Source: Caedibacter taeniospiralis (GTDB lineage Bacteria > Pseudomonadota > Gammaproteobacteria > Francisellales > Francisellaceae). Taken from it: a DNA stretch of 32,000 bases. The notes beneath the pieces are model-generated. The model saw only the letters and a list, made by a program, of their open reading frames with translations. It ran no database searches and was not told the origin of the DNA. The stretch is taken from assembly GCF_002803295.2 (NCBI RefSeq), contig NZ_PGGB02000002.1, forward strand, positions 1 to 32,000, given 5' to 3'. The position numbers were made by a program, and so were the translations under genes. This document shows, piece after piece, positions 18,994-27,544 of the stretch (within the stretch, counting starts at the first letter, position 1; every line of letters begins with the position of its first letter).

Positions 18994-19944
18994 ATGTCGG
19001 ATTTAATGCTTTTTAGTGGTCGCGCAAGTAGTGCGCTGACCGAAGAAATTTCCCATTTTTTGGGTGTACAACTTGGCAGAGCAACTGTTTCAACATTCAG
19101 TGATGGGGAATCACATATTGAGATTATCGACAATGTCAGAGGGCGCGATGTCTTTATCGTCCAATCCACGTGCCCGCCAAGTAATGACTACATCATGGAG
19201 CTCATGTTTTTAACTGACGCACTACGTCGCTCATCAGCTGGGCGCATTACTGCAGTCATTCCCTACTTTGGTTACGCGCGCCAGGATCGTCGCGTGCGTT
19301 CATCACGCGTACCCATCTCTGCCCGTGTAGTGGCTGACATGCTAACAGGCGTCGGCATTGATCGTCTGCTTACGGTAGATATTCACGCAGAGCAGATTCA
19401 GGGTTTTTTCAATATACCCCTGGATAACGTTTACGGCACACCAATTCTTTTGGATTACATCCGTGCACGTCACCTGGAAAACCCTATCGTCGTCTCTCCT
19501 GATATCGGGGGAGTTGTCCGCGCACGCGCCATGGCAAAAGCCTTAAATACAGACTTGGCGATTATTGATAAGCGTCGTCAAAAAGCGAATGAATCAGAAG
19601 TAATGAATATTATTGGGGATATCACCGATCGCCATTGCTTGATCGTCGATGACATTGTCGATACAGCAGGCACTTTGTGCAAAGCTGCTCAAGCGTTGAT
19701 TGAGCACGGAGCAGATAAGGTTTCTGCCTACTGTGTTCACCCTGTGTTATCAGGAAATGCAATTGCAAACATTGAAAGCTCGGTATTAGAAGAACTTGTT
19801 GTTACCAATTCCATTCCGCTTCATACCAATGCACTTAAGTGTAAAAAAATCAAAACCCTTTCATTAGCGCCTATGTTGTCCGAAGCCATTCGTCGAACTA
19901 ACAATGAAGAGTCGATCAGTTTAATGTTTTGTGACTTAATTTAA
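18994..19944 (+). CDS. prs: ribose-phosphate pyrophosphokinase
   Basis: 316 aa with [10 protein letters not shown] and the PRPP-binding loop [13 protein letters not shown]. Full-length Prs collinearity. Confidence 0.97.
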   Translation: MSDLMLFSGRASSALTEEISHFLGVQLGRATVSTFSDGESHIEIIDNVRGRDVFIVQSTCPPSNDYIMELMFLTDALRRSSAGRITAVIPYFGYARQDRRVRSSRVPISARVVADMLTGVGIDRLLTVDIHAEQIQGFFNIPLDNVYGTPILLDYIRARHLENPIVVSPDIGGVVRARAMAKALNTDLAIIDKRRQKANESEVMNIIGDITDRHCLIVDDIVDTAGTLCKAAQALIEHGADKVSAYCVHPVLSGNAIANIESSVLEELVVTNSIPLHTNALKCKKIKTLSLAPMLSEAIRRTNNEESISLMFCDLI

Positions 19945-20055
19945 ATCTTAACTTTTCTCTTTACTTCTGTTACAATCTCGCGGCTTTCTGATCAGGGTCG
20001 CATGGTCTGAAAGTGGTTTAAAACTAACTTTAATCACAAATTTAAGGAATTAAAA

Positions 20056-20346
20056 ATGACTGAATTTACATTCCAGGCGGAATTAAAAACTGAAACAGGT
20101 ACGGGTGCGAGCCGCCGCCTACGTAAAACAGGTAAAATCCCTGCAATTATCTATGGCAATGGCGCAGAAGCAATTTCAATCTCACTTGATCACAACAAGA
20201 TATTCCACGCTTTAGAAAACAAGGACTTCTACAGTGCAACCGTCAGCATTAACATTGACGGCAAAACTGAAAGCGTTAAAATCAAAGCATTACAACGTCA
20301 TCCATTTAAGCCGAAAATCCTCCACGCCGATTTCATCCGCGCATAA
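20056..20346 (+). CDS. rplY: 50S ribosomal protein L25 (short form)
   Basis: 96 aa. GTGASRRLRKTGKIPAIIYG...LQRHPFKPKILHADF. AAGGA SD upstream. Confidence 0.95.
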   Translation: MTEFTFQAELKTETGTGASRRLRKTGKIPAIIYGNGAEAISISLDHNKIFHALENKDFYSATVSINIDGKTESVKIKALQRHPFKPKILHADFIRA

Positions 20347-20673
20347 ATACTCAATAAGCTTTCAGTACGTGACATCAAAACCTCTTGGCTGATGTCGCGG
20401 TTAATAAGTCTTTAAGTACTTTACTTTCAATATTTGATTATTTTTAACTCATTATAATTACAGGTTCGCAGACGGAACGACGTCAAAGCCGTGATGAATC
20501 ACATTCCCAAATGCACCCTTTAACTTAGTGCCATTGCCCTTTAACTTCGTTTAAGGGGGTGCTTATCCCTTTTGGGCAAAGATCTGACTGGTCATTAATG
20601 CTTAGGTTTTTACTGCTTTTGCTCGTTATTCTCGTTAAAATGTGTAGCTAATGAAAAATAATGAAATACGCTG

Positions 20674-22746
20674 ATGTTAGATAAACTCGACTTATTATTT
20701 GAACTAGGCACGGAAGAGCTGCCACCAAAAGCCCTCAAACAAATGGCACAAAATCTGTTAGATCAGGTGTGCAAGCAGTTAGATGATTTAGACATTGACT
20801 ATCAAGACAAATCGTTTTATGCGTCACCGCGGCGTTTAGCGTTTATCATCAGAAACATTCAAACCATGCAAAAGGATCGCTTAATCGACAAAGAGGGTCC
20901 TTTTATCGATAAAGCTTATGATGATAAAGGTGTGCCAACAAAAGCTGCATTGGGATTTGCACAAGCCTGTGGCGTGGGGTTTGATAAGCTCTCAACCATT
21001 GAGCATCAAAAGGGCAAGCGACTTTTTTATCAGGTTCAGCAACAAGGTCTTAGAACCAAAGACATCATTGGCGAAATCATTGATGGCGCACTCAAAAGAT
21101 TACCCATTCCAAAGATGATGCGCTGGGGAAATGAGGATCATCAATTTGTACGCCCTGTGCACTGGGCGGTGCTATTGCTTGGTGATGGGCTGATTGTGCA
21201 TTCATTCTATGGTTGTAAAACATCTCATATCAGCTATGGTCACCGTTTCCATCACCCTGATGCGATTCATATTAATTCTTCGGCAGAATATGTTGCAAAA
21301 CTAAAAAATGCTCATGTTCTTGTTGATTGGGAAATGCGTAAGTCTACGGTGATTCAGTCTGCAAAGGCTTTGGCTAAATCTCAAGACGCTCATGTAATCC
21401 TAAATGATGAGTTAGTTGAGGAGGTTACGGCTATTGTCGAGTACCCGCATGCACTATTGTGTGACTTTGACCAAAGCTTTCTGCGAGTACCACAAGAGGC
21501 ACTTAGTTCGGCGATGGAAGGTCATCAGAAGTGTTTTGCACTGGTGGATAAAAACAATAAGCTGGTCAATCATTTTATTACCATGAGTAATATCGACAGT
21601 CATGCTCCGCAAACGGTGATTAAGGGAAATAACAAAGTGATGGCTGCACGCTTATCAGATGCGGCATTTTTCTATGATACAGATGTTAAAAAACCGTTAG
21701 ACACCTATATTGAAAAGCTTAAAGTGGTGACGTTTCAGAAGGAGCTAGGTTCGGTTTATGACCGCACACAGCGTATTGCGCTTCTGGCAAAGTCGATCGC
21801 AGGACATATTGGTGCGGATGAAGCGCTCGCCCATCGCGCAGGGCTTCTCAGTAAAGCAGATTTAATGACTGGTATGGTTTATGAGTTTACTGACTTGCAA
21901 GGCATTATGGGTAAATATTACGCACGTGCTCATGGCGAAAATGAAGCCGTATGTGAGGCAATTGAGCAGCAATATTGGCCAAAATATGCAGGTGATCGCC
22001 TGCCAAATGGAAAAGTTGCTCAAGCACTAGCTTTGGCAGAGAAATTAGATACGCTGGTTGGAATTTTTGGCATAGGGCAAAAACCGACAGGTGATAAAGA
22101 TCCATTTGCATTGAGACGTGCCGCGATTGGTGTGCTGCGAATTTTAAAAGAATGCCATGTAAAAATTGCATTATCAACCCTGGTTCAGTTATCGATAGAA
22201 AGCTTCGCACATGATCAGCTTCAAAATATTAACGGGTTGAAAGAAGCCTTAATGCAATTTTTTGTTGATCGCCTAAAAGTTATTTACAAAGAAGAGGGCG
22301 TTGCAGCTGAAATTTTTGAAGCAGTAAGAGCCGTTGCGCATACGGATGTTACTGACTTTGACGCGCGCATCAGTGCTGTAATTGAGTTTAAGACCCATCC
22401 CGCATGTGAGCGTTTAGCACAAAGCAATAAGCGTGTTGCGAATATCCTTAACAAAAATAATGTCAATCAGGTGTTAAGTATCAATAAAGCATTGTTGCAA
22501 GAGCCTGCTGAGTTTACCTTGTTTGAAGCTTTAACCAATACCAAAGCGCGATTAGAATCTATTCTTGCTAATACAGAATATAAAACTGCACTTATGGTGC
22601 TTTCGCAGTTGGATCAACCGATTGCAGATTTTTTTGAGCATATAATGGTCATAGCGGAAGATGAAAGCGTTAAAAATAATCGCTTGGCATTGTTGCAGCA
22701 GTTATCGGTTTTATTTAAACAAGTTGCTGATTTGGCTGTTTTATAG
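20674..22746 (+). CDS. glyS: glycine--tRNA ligase beta subunit
   Basis: 690 aa. N-terminus LLFELGTEELPPKAL, MRWG...FVRPVHW, GDKDPFALRR. Full-length collinearity with E. coli GlyS. No glyQ upstream in this window. Confidence 0.96.
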   Translation: MLDKLDLLFELGTEELPPKALKQMAQNLLDQVCKQLDDLDIDYQDKSFYASPRRLAFIIRNIQTMQKDRLIDKEGPFIDKAYDDKGVPTKAALGFAQACGVGFDKLSTIEHQKGKRLFYQVQQQGLRTKDIIGEIIDGALKRLPIPKMMRWGNEDHQFVRPVHWAVLLLGDGLIVHSFYGCKTSHISYGHRFHHPDAIHINSSAEYVAKLKNAHVLVDWEMRKSTVIQSAKALAKSQDAHVILNDELVEEVTAIVEYPHALLCDFDQSFLRVPQEALSSAMEGHQKCFALVDKNNKLVNHFITMSNIDSHAPQTVIKGNNKVMAARLSDAAFFYDTDVKKPLDTYIEKLKVVTFQKELGSVYDRTQRIALLAKSIAGHIGADEALAHRAGLLSKADLMTGMVYEFTDLQGIMGKYYARAHGENEAVCEAIEQQYWPKYAGDRLPNGKVAQALALAEKLDTLVGIFGIGQKPTGDKDPFALRRAAIGVLRILKECHVKIALSTLVQLSIESFAHDQLQNINGLKEALMQFFVDRLKVIYKEEGVAAEIFEAVRAVAHTDVTDFDARISAVIEFKTHPACERLAQSNKRVANILNKNNVNQVLSINKALLQEPAEFTLFEALTNTKARLESILANTEYKTALMVLSQLDQPIADFFEHIMVIAEDESVKNNRLALLQQLSVLFKQVADLAVL

Positions 22747-22759
22747 TGCATGGGCGTAT

Positions 22760-22815
22760 TGCTACACCCTACGGGTGAGAGTAGTAGGGTGGATAAGCCA
22801 AAGGCGCATCCACGC
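22760..22815. repeat. REP-like palindromic element (different family from the MITEs)
   Basis: Overlapping hairpins CACCCTAC (22765-22772)/GTAGGGTG (22784-22791) and GTGGAT (22789-22794)/ATCCAC (22808-22813). Sits directly after the glyS stop. The GTAGGGTGGATAAGC...GCGCATCCAC type is common among gammaproteobacterial REPs. Confidence 0.6.
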
Positions 22816-22915
22816 GGGAAAGCAAAAGCGCAAAACGGACGGAGTAGTCATTCCATTTGCATCATTTTATCTTTGAGGGAGAAGGATCAGGTTTCAGTCT
22901 GGATGGCTGGCGAGA

Positions 22916-23251
22916 TCATGACAAAATCACTTTTGAAATTTTTAAGACTTGCTCGATGCATGCTCTGGGGCATATTTCTATCTTCTCTGCATTTCGTGAC
23001 TGGAAATCTGTTGATCGTATTTGAAAGGTTATTATACTCCCCTGAGTTTTGCAGTTATCAGGGAGAATAACTTCAAATTTATTGCCACGCTGAGTACTTG
23101 TAATTGCGGCAACAAAGGCAAAACCAGTGTGTTCATTAAAAACCGATTTTGTTAGCACCAAAGCGGGTCTTCGTTTCATTATTTCGCGTCCAGAACTGGG
23201 ATCAAAGTCAAGCCAGATAATATCGCCTTGATTCGGAATGTACTTTTTCAA
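22916..23251 (-). CDS. mazF: type II toxin, MazF/PemK family endoribonuclease
   Basis: 111 aa. YIPNQGDIIWLDFDPSSGREIMKRRPALVL...FEVIL is collinear with E. coli MazF (YVPDMGDLIWVDFDPTKGSEQAGHRPAVVL). Confidence 0.92.
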   Translation of the reverse strand: MKKYIPNQGDIIWLDFDPSSGREIMKRRPALVLTKSVFNEHTGFAFVAAITSTQRGNKFEVILPDNCKTQGSIITFQIRSTDFQSRNAEKIEICPRACIEQVLKISKVILS

Positions 23252-23502
23252 AGCTCTTTTCCTTTAGAGTTGTCGTGCATCCATTCTTTATCCTCATCTA
23301 AAAGCTTAAAGCTTGATTTTGGACTTGCAGCAAGCATTTGCTCCAGGCTTAACTCCTCCATTTTAGGTGTTAAAACTATTTTGTTATCTTCGACACTAAT
23401 GTCGAGTTTGTCTCCAGTGTGAAGATTGAGTATCTGAAGTATTTTCTTAGGAATGCTTACAATATTGGCACCACCTGATTGTCTGAGAGATAATGATGAC
23501 AT
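23248..23502 (-). CDS. mazE: type II antitoxin, MazE/AbrB-SpoVT family
   Basis: 84 aa. Has an AbrB-like swapped-hairpin N-terminus (GANIVSIPKKILQILNLHTGDKLDISVEDNKIVLTP) and an acidic C-terminal tail. 4-nt overlap with mazF. Confidence 0.88.
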   Translation of the reverse strand: MSSLSLRQSGGANIVSIPKKILQILNLHTGDKLDISVEDNKIVLTPKMEELSLEQMLAASPKSSFKLLDEDKEWMHDNSKGKEL

Positions 23503-23523
23503 TTTAATGCTCCATTTTATTAA

Positions 23524-23541
23524 GTTATATAAAAGTATAAC
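23524..23541 (-). promoter_or_regulatory. candidate mazEF operator palindrome
   Basis: Perfect inverted repeat GTTATA-N6-TATAAC (23524-23529 / 23536-23541), 22-40 nt upstream of the mazE start on the minus strand. Confidence 0.4.
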
Positions 23542-23628
23542 ATGACCAAGCGAAAATATAGCATTTAATTTAGCGGATCATGAATCACAATGCCTTTATA
23601 AGACCATAATACCCTGCCAGCTTCACGT

Positions 23629-23740
23629 GCAGAGCTTGTGGCATTCAAAGCTAAAAAGCAAAGCTGTTTGCTTCTTTCGGGCGCTTTTCACCTCCTTCAC
23701 TTGTGAAGGGGTGGCAGCCGTAGGCTGACGGGGTGGTTTT
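23629..23740. repeat. partial copy (C) of the hairpin MITE/REP family
   Basis: 23629-23694 is the reverse complement of 895-960 with only a few mismatches. It is followed by hairpin CCTTCAC-TTG-TGAAGG and by GGTGGCAGCCGTAGGCTGACGGGGTGG, which parallels 9191-9214 in copy B. Confidence 0.8.
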
Positions 23741-23783
23741 GGCGCGAAAAATCACTAAGGTAGCGGCATTGGAATTATACCCC

Positions 23784-26700
23784 TCAGCCAACAAATTTTG
23801 AATGCGCTTCTGCCTGTTTTGTTTTTAAATAAAGCGTATCAATAAAATCATGTACAAAGGCAATACGCTCTTTGGCTTGTGGTAATGCCTTTTTGATCAT
23901 AAGTTTCTGATCCTGACCTAATTGAAAGTCCTGAGGCTTCATTTGCACAAGCTTAATCAAATGAATGGGATCAAAAGTAAGTGGCGTGACAAAAATGATT
24001 TTTCCACCTGCTGAGTGCATTTCAATTTTTTGAATACCCACAAGGGTGGCGCTAAGCTTTAAGTGGGTAATATCAAATAAATATTGCGCATATTCAGGCA
24101 ACAAGCCAAAACGATCGATGACTTCAATTTTGATAGTATCAAGCTCATTGTGCGTTTGCGCGCTTGAAATTCGCTTATAAAGTCCTAAGCGCACATGTAC
24201 GTCAAAGATATATTCCTCGGGGAAAAGGGTGGGGATACGTAGCTCAATCTGGGCATCAGTTTGGAATGACTGGTTTATTTTAGTTGCATCAAAGCTTTCA
24301 CCTCTTTGTAACGCTGAAATGGTTTTTTGCAGCAAGTCCATATAGAGGTTGAAACCAATGCCTTGCATATTGCCGCTTTGCTCTTTTCCAAGCATTTCTC
24401 CAGCCCCTCTGATTTCTAAATCATGATTGGCCAGCAGATAACCACCCCCTAAAGATGCGGTTTCTAAAATAGCCTCCAAACGCTTTTTAGCATCTTTAGC
24501 CAGAGAGGCTTCTGGTGGAGTTAATAAGTACGCATACGCTTGATGATGTGAGCGACCAACACGACCGCGTAATTGATGCAGTTGCGCAAGACCAAAACTA
24601 TCCGCGCGTTCAATAACGATGGTATTGACGTTAGCAATATCAATGCCTGTTTCAATGATCGTGGTGCAAAGCAGGATTTGGTAGCGATTCTGTTGAAACT
24701 CAAACATGATTTTCTCAAGTTCGCGTTCGCGCATTTGCCCATGTGCTACGGCGATATTAATCTCAGGAAAAATCTGGCGTAACTGTTCTGCTTTATCATA
24801 AATGGTACTGACACTGTTATGCAGATAATACACTTGTCCGCCACGAAGCATCTCCCGCATTACCGCTTCTTTGATAATGCTATTGTTGTATTGCTTGACA
24901 AAAGTTTTTACAGAAAGTCGCTTAGCTGGTGGGGTTGCAATGATTGATAAGTCACGAATATTGGAAAATGCCATATTCAAGGTGCGTGGGATTGGTGTTG
25001 CTGTCATGGTGAGAATATCGATGTTAGTCCGCATAGCCTTCATTTTTTCTTTGTGTGTAACACCAAAACGGTGTTCCTCATCGATAATCAGAAGTCCTAA
25101 GTTATGGAATTTGATTTTATCGGACAAGAGTTTATGCGTACCGATCACTATATCAATCGTTCCATTATTAATCCGCGTGATCGCTTCATTTTGTTCTTTG
25201 CTGGTCTTAAAGCGCGATAAGACCTCAACACTGGCCCCCATTTCATTAAAGCGGTCACTAAAATTATCAAAATGCTGTTGTGCCAAGAGTGTTGTTGGCG
25301 CAAGGACGGCAACTTGTTTGTTGTTGCTTACCGCAATAAACGCCGCACGCATAGCAACTTCTGTTTTCCCAAAGCCAACATCGCCGCAAACCAGGCGATC
25401 CATGGGCTTTTCAGCAATCATGTCTTTGATGACATCATTAATGGCAAGCGCTTGATCAGGGGTTTCTTCAAAGGGAAAACCTTCACAAAAACCGAGGTAT
25501 TCCTTCTCATTGAAAATATTGCCATAGCCTTTTTTAAGCGCACGTTGTGCGTAAATAGCAAGAAGATCAGCCGCAACATCATTGATTTTTCTGGCAGCTT
25601 TTTCCTTTTCCTTTTCCCAGGTATCGCTGCCAAGTTTGCTGACAGGTGCATGCTCAAGCTCAGTACCACTATAACGACTGACAAGGTGAAGCGCGTAAAT
25701 AGGCACATAAAGTTTCTCATCATTTTTAAACAAAAGTGTTAAGAACTCGGTTTCCTGGGTTCCAAGATCAAGCCTGGTCAAGCCATCAAAGCGTGCAATG
25801 CCATGTTCAATATGAACAACAGGGCTTCCCAGGCTAAGCTCAGATAAATCTTTGAGTGCAACAGTGGGAAGCGCTTCATGGACCTCCTTTTTATGCGTGC
25901 GCAGAGGTAATGCGCTGTGATTAGCAAAGAGATCAAACTCGGTAATAATCAGCTGATCCTCATTAACAATAATCCCCTGGGAGAAAGGCGCTATGGTGAT
26001 TGCGATGCGATGTTTTGATGTGACTGCCTCGCTGAAATGGCTAAAGCTTTGCGCTGTGAGTTTCAGCTTGTTGAGATTTTCATGGAGTAATGCTTTTCTG
26101 CCCGCGCTTTCGGAGCAGAAAATTATTTTTTTAAAGGAGCTCTTAGCAAGTAAATCCAGTAATTTTTGATAAGGTTCTTTATATTGGTAGTGAACATGAA
26201 GATCGGGCAAGTTTTTGACATTAAGCGTATTTGCCTTTGATTTTTCTTGTGCTAACCATTTGATATGACTGAAGTTTTTGGTTGCAGCATTAAATTCTAT
26301 CGGAGATAAAAAGACGCATTGTGGGGGTAAAATTGGACGCTCGGGATCATGTGCAAGCTGATCGTGGCGTGTCATGATGTCCCGATAATAAAGCTCTACA
26401 GTATGCTGGCAATCATAGATATTATGCACGATAGTACCACTATTTAAGTAATCAAATATCGTGCTGAGCTTCGGATAAAATAAAGGCAGATAAAATTCAA
26501 TGCCATTAATGGTTCTACCTTTGATAATTTGTTGGTATATCAGATTTTGCGTATCTGTTTGGGGTAGCAGCTCAAGCCAGTTTTGCGCAAAACAATCGAG
26601 TGTTTGCTTATCAAGGATGAACTCCTGTGTTGGCAATATTTCGACTTTGTCAATGCGGTTATGAGAGCGTTGCGTTTCCAGATCAATGCTGCGAATACTG

Positions 26701-27251
26701 TCGACTTCATCATCGAACAAATCAATGCGATAAGCCTCATCTGATCCCATGGGAAAAATATCTAAAATGCTGCCACGTACACTAAACTCACCACGCGAAA
26801 TCACCTGAGAAACATTTTGATAGCCCGCTAACTCCAATTGGCGTTTTTTCTCTGTAAGCTCAAGCTTATCTCCTTTTTGAATCATAAACGCATGAGAGAC
26901 TAAAAAGCTTGGTGGCGGAAGGTATTTTAATATGGTGTTAGCGCTAGCGATAACTACGGCATTAGGGTGATTTTGCAACTGATTAAGGGTATTTAAACGC
27001 GAAGAAATGATATCTTCACTTGCGGAGAAGTGGTCAAATGGCAGAATTTCAAGATCGGCAAAATGAAGTATCGTCTGGTTTCGGAGTAGAAAGCCAAGTT
27101 CATTATGCAGTTGAAGCGCTAATTGGGCATTTTCACAAATGAGCAGATGAGTTTGTGTATGCTGTGATATATATTCACTTAGGACTAAAGAAAGGGCGGT
27201 TGGAATAGCATTGGCATAAATATCGCGTACGCCTTGTGGCAAAATTTGCAT
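23784..27251 (-). CDS. mfd: transcription-repair coupling factor Mfd
   Basis: 1155 aa. UvrB-homology N-terminus, RNAP-interacting domain, superfamily 2 helicase motifs (GDVGFGKTEVA, DEEHRFG, TATPIPRT, QLHQLRGRVGR), and TRG motif region. Confidence 0.97.
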   Translation of the reverse strand: MQILPQGVRDIYANAIPTALSLVLSEYISQHTQTHLLICENAQLALQLHNELGFLLRNQTILHFADLEILPFDHFSASEDIISSRLNTLNQLQNHPNAVVIASANTILKYLPPPSFLVSHAFMIQKGDKLELTEKKRQLELAGYQNVSQVISRGEFSVRGSILDIFPMGSDEAYRIDLFDDEVDSIRSIDLETQRSHNRIDKVEILPTQEFILDKQTLDCFAQNWLELLPQTDTQNLIYQQIIKGRTINGIEFYLPLFYPKLSTIFDYLNSGTIVHNIYDCQHTVELYYRDIMTRHDQLAHDPERPILPPQCVFLSPIEFNAATKNFSHIKWLAQEKSKANTLNVKNLPDLHVHYQYKEPYQKLLDLLAKSSFKKIIFCSESAGRKALLHENLNKLKLTAQSFSHFSEAVTSKHRIAITIAPFSQGIIVNEDQLIITEFDLFANHSALPLRTHKKEVHEALPTVALKDLSELSLGSPVVHIEHGIARFDGLTRLDLGTQETEFLTLLFKNDEKLYVPIYALHLVSRYSGTELEHAPVSKLGSDTWEKEKEKAARKINDVAADLLAIYAQRALKKGYGNIFNEKEYLGFCEGFPFEETPDQALAINDVIKDMIAEKPMDRLVCGDVGFGKTEVAMRAAFIAVSNNKQVAVLAPTTLLAQQHFDNFSDRFNEMGASVEVLSRFKTSKEQNEAITRINNGTIDIVIGTHKLLSDKIKFHNLGLLIIDEEHRFGVTHKEKMKAMRTNIDILTMTATPIPRTLNMAFSNIRDLSIIATPPAKRLSVKTFVKQYNNSIIKEAVMREMLRGGQVYYLHNSVSTIYDKAEQLRQIFPEINIAVAHGQMRERELEKIMFEFQQNRYQILLCTTIIETGIDIANVNTIVIERADSFGLAQLHQLRGRVGRSHHQAYAYLLTPPEASLAKDAKKRLEAILETASLGGGYLLANHDLEIRGAGEMLGKEQSGNMQGIGFNLYMDLLQKTISALQRGESFDATKINQSFQTDAQIELRIPTLFPEEYIFDVHVRLGLYKRISSAQTHNELDTIKIEVIDRFGLLPEYAQYLFDITHLKLSATLVGIQKIEMHSAGGKIIFVTPLTFDPIHLIKLVQMKPQDFQLGQDQKLMIKKALPQAKERIAFVHDFIDTLYLKTKQAEAHSKFVG

Positions 27252-27314
27252 AAGGGTTAGTGAAAGCTTAATTATCGTGTGCCTAGTCTATACCACTGAA
27301 TTAACAGATTCTAG

Positions 27315-27374
27315 TCATTGTGCCGTGTATCCGCCATCGATGGCAATCTGACTGCCTAGAATAACTGGAGTTAC
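27315..27374 (-). pseudogene. relic of the 3' end of a short-chain dehydrogenase/reductase gene
   Basis: Minus-strand translation gives VTPVILGSQIAIDGGYTAQ-stop (stop at 27317..27315), preceded by an in-frame TAG. This matches the canonical SDR C-terminus (...ITGxxIxVDGGYTA). Another frame just upstream reads ...LGNSSY, which fits the preceding SDR segment, suggesting frameshifts in a degraded gene. Confidence 0.45.
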
Positions 27375-27544
27375 CTAAATGTGTATTGTTTGCCAAATTC
27401 ATCTTAAATCCAGTGACGTTAGGCAATGCAGCTTAGTCAAGTCCTTGCATGAAAATATTCAGGCAAAAAAATGCCGCCTTTGACAAAAAATGCCGTTAGA
27501 ATGACGGCTATATTTTGATGATTTTTGAGTAACAAGGGGCAAAA

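Noticed and set aside
20368-20399. Rho-independent terminator after rplY
   Set aside because: A 10-bp stem with one G-T pair and a 12-nt loop exists, but no T-tract follows it. I found no convincing canonical intrinsic terminator anywhere in the window and list none.
22750-23070. 106-aa plus-strand ORF
   Set aside because: It starts inside the REP-like element and then runs antisense to the well-supported mazF gene.
24521-25742. Several 70-194-aa ORFs on both strands inside mfd (for example 24871..25455 and 25272..25742)
   Set aside because: They are antisense or out of frame within a full-length, motif-complete Mfd gene. Their low-complexity translations indicate shadow ORFs. The same applies to the shadow ORFs inside ftsH, hslU, glyS, nrdJa and the sugar porter.
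27252-27544. Cobalamin riboswitch or tandem NrdR boxes upstream of the B12-dependent RNR
   Set aside because: Only a chance CCACTG near 27293 was found. There is no B12-box context, no conserved riboswitch helices and no 16-bp NrdR-type palindrome. Part of the region is explained by the SDR relic.
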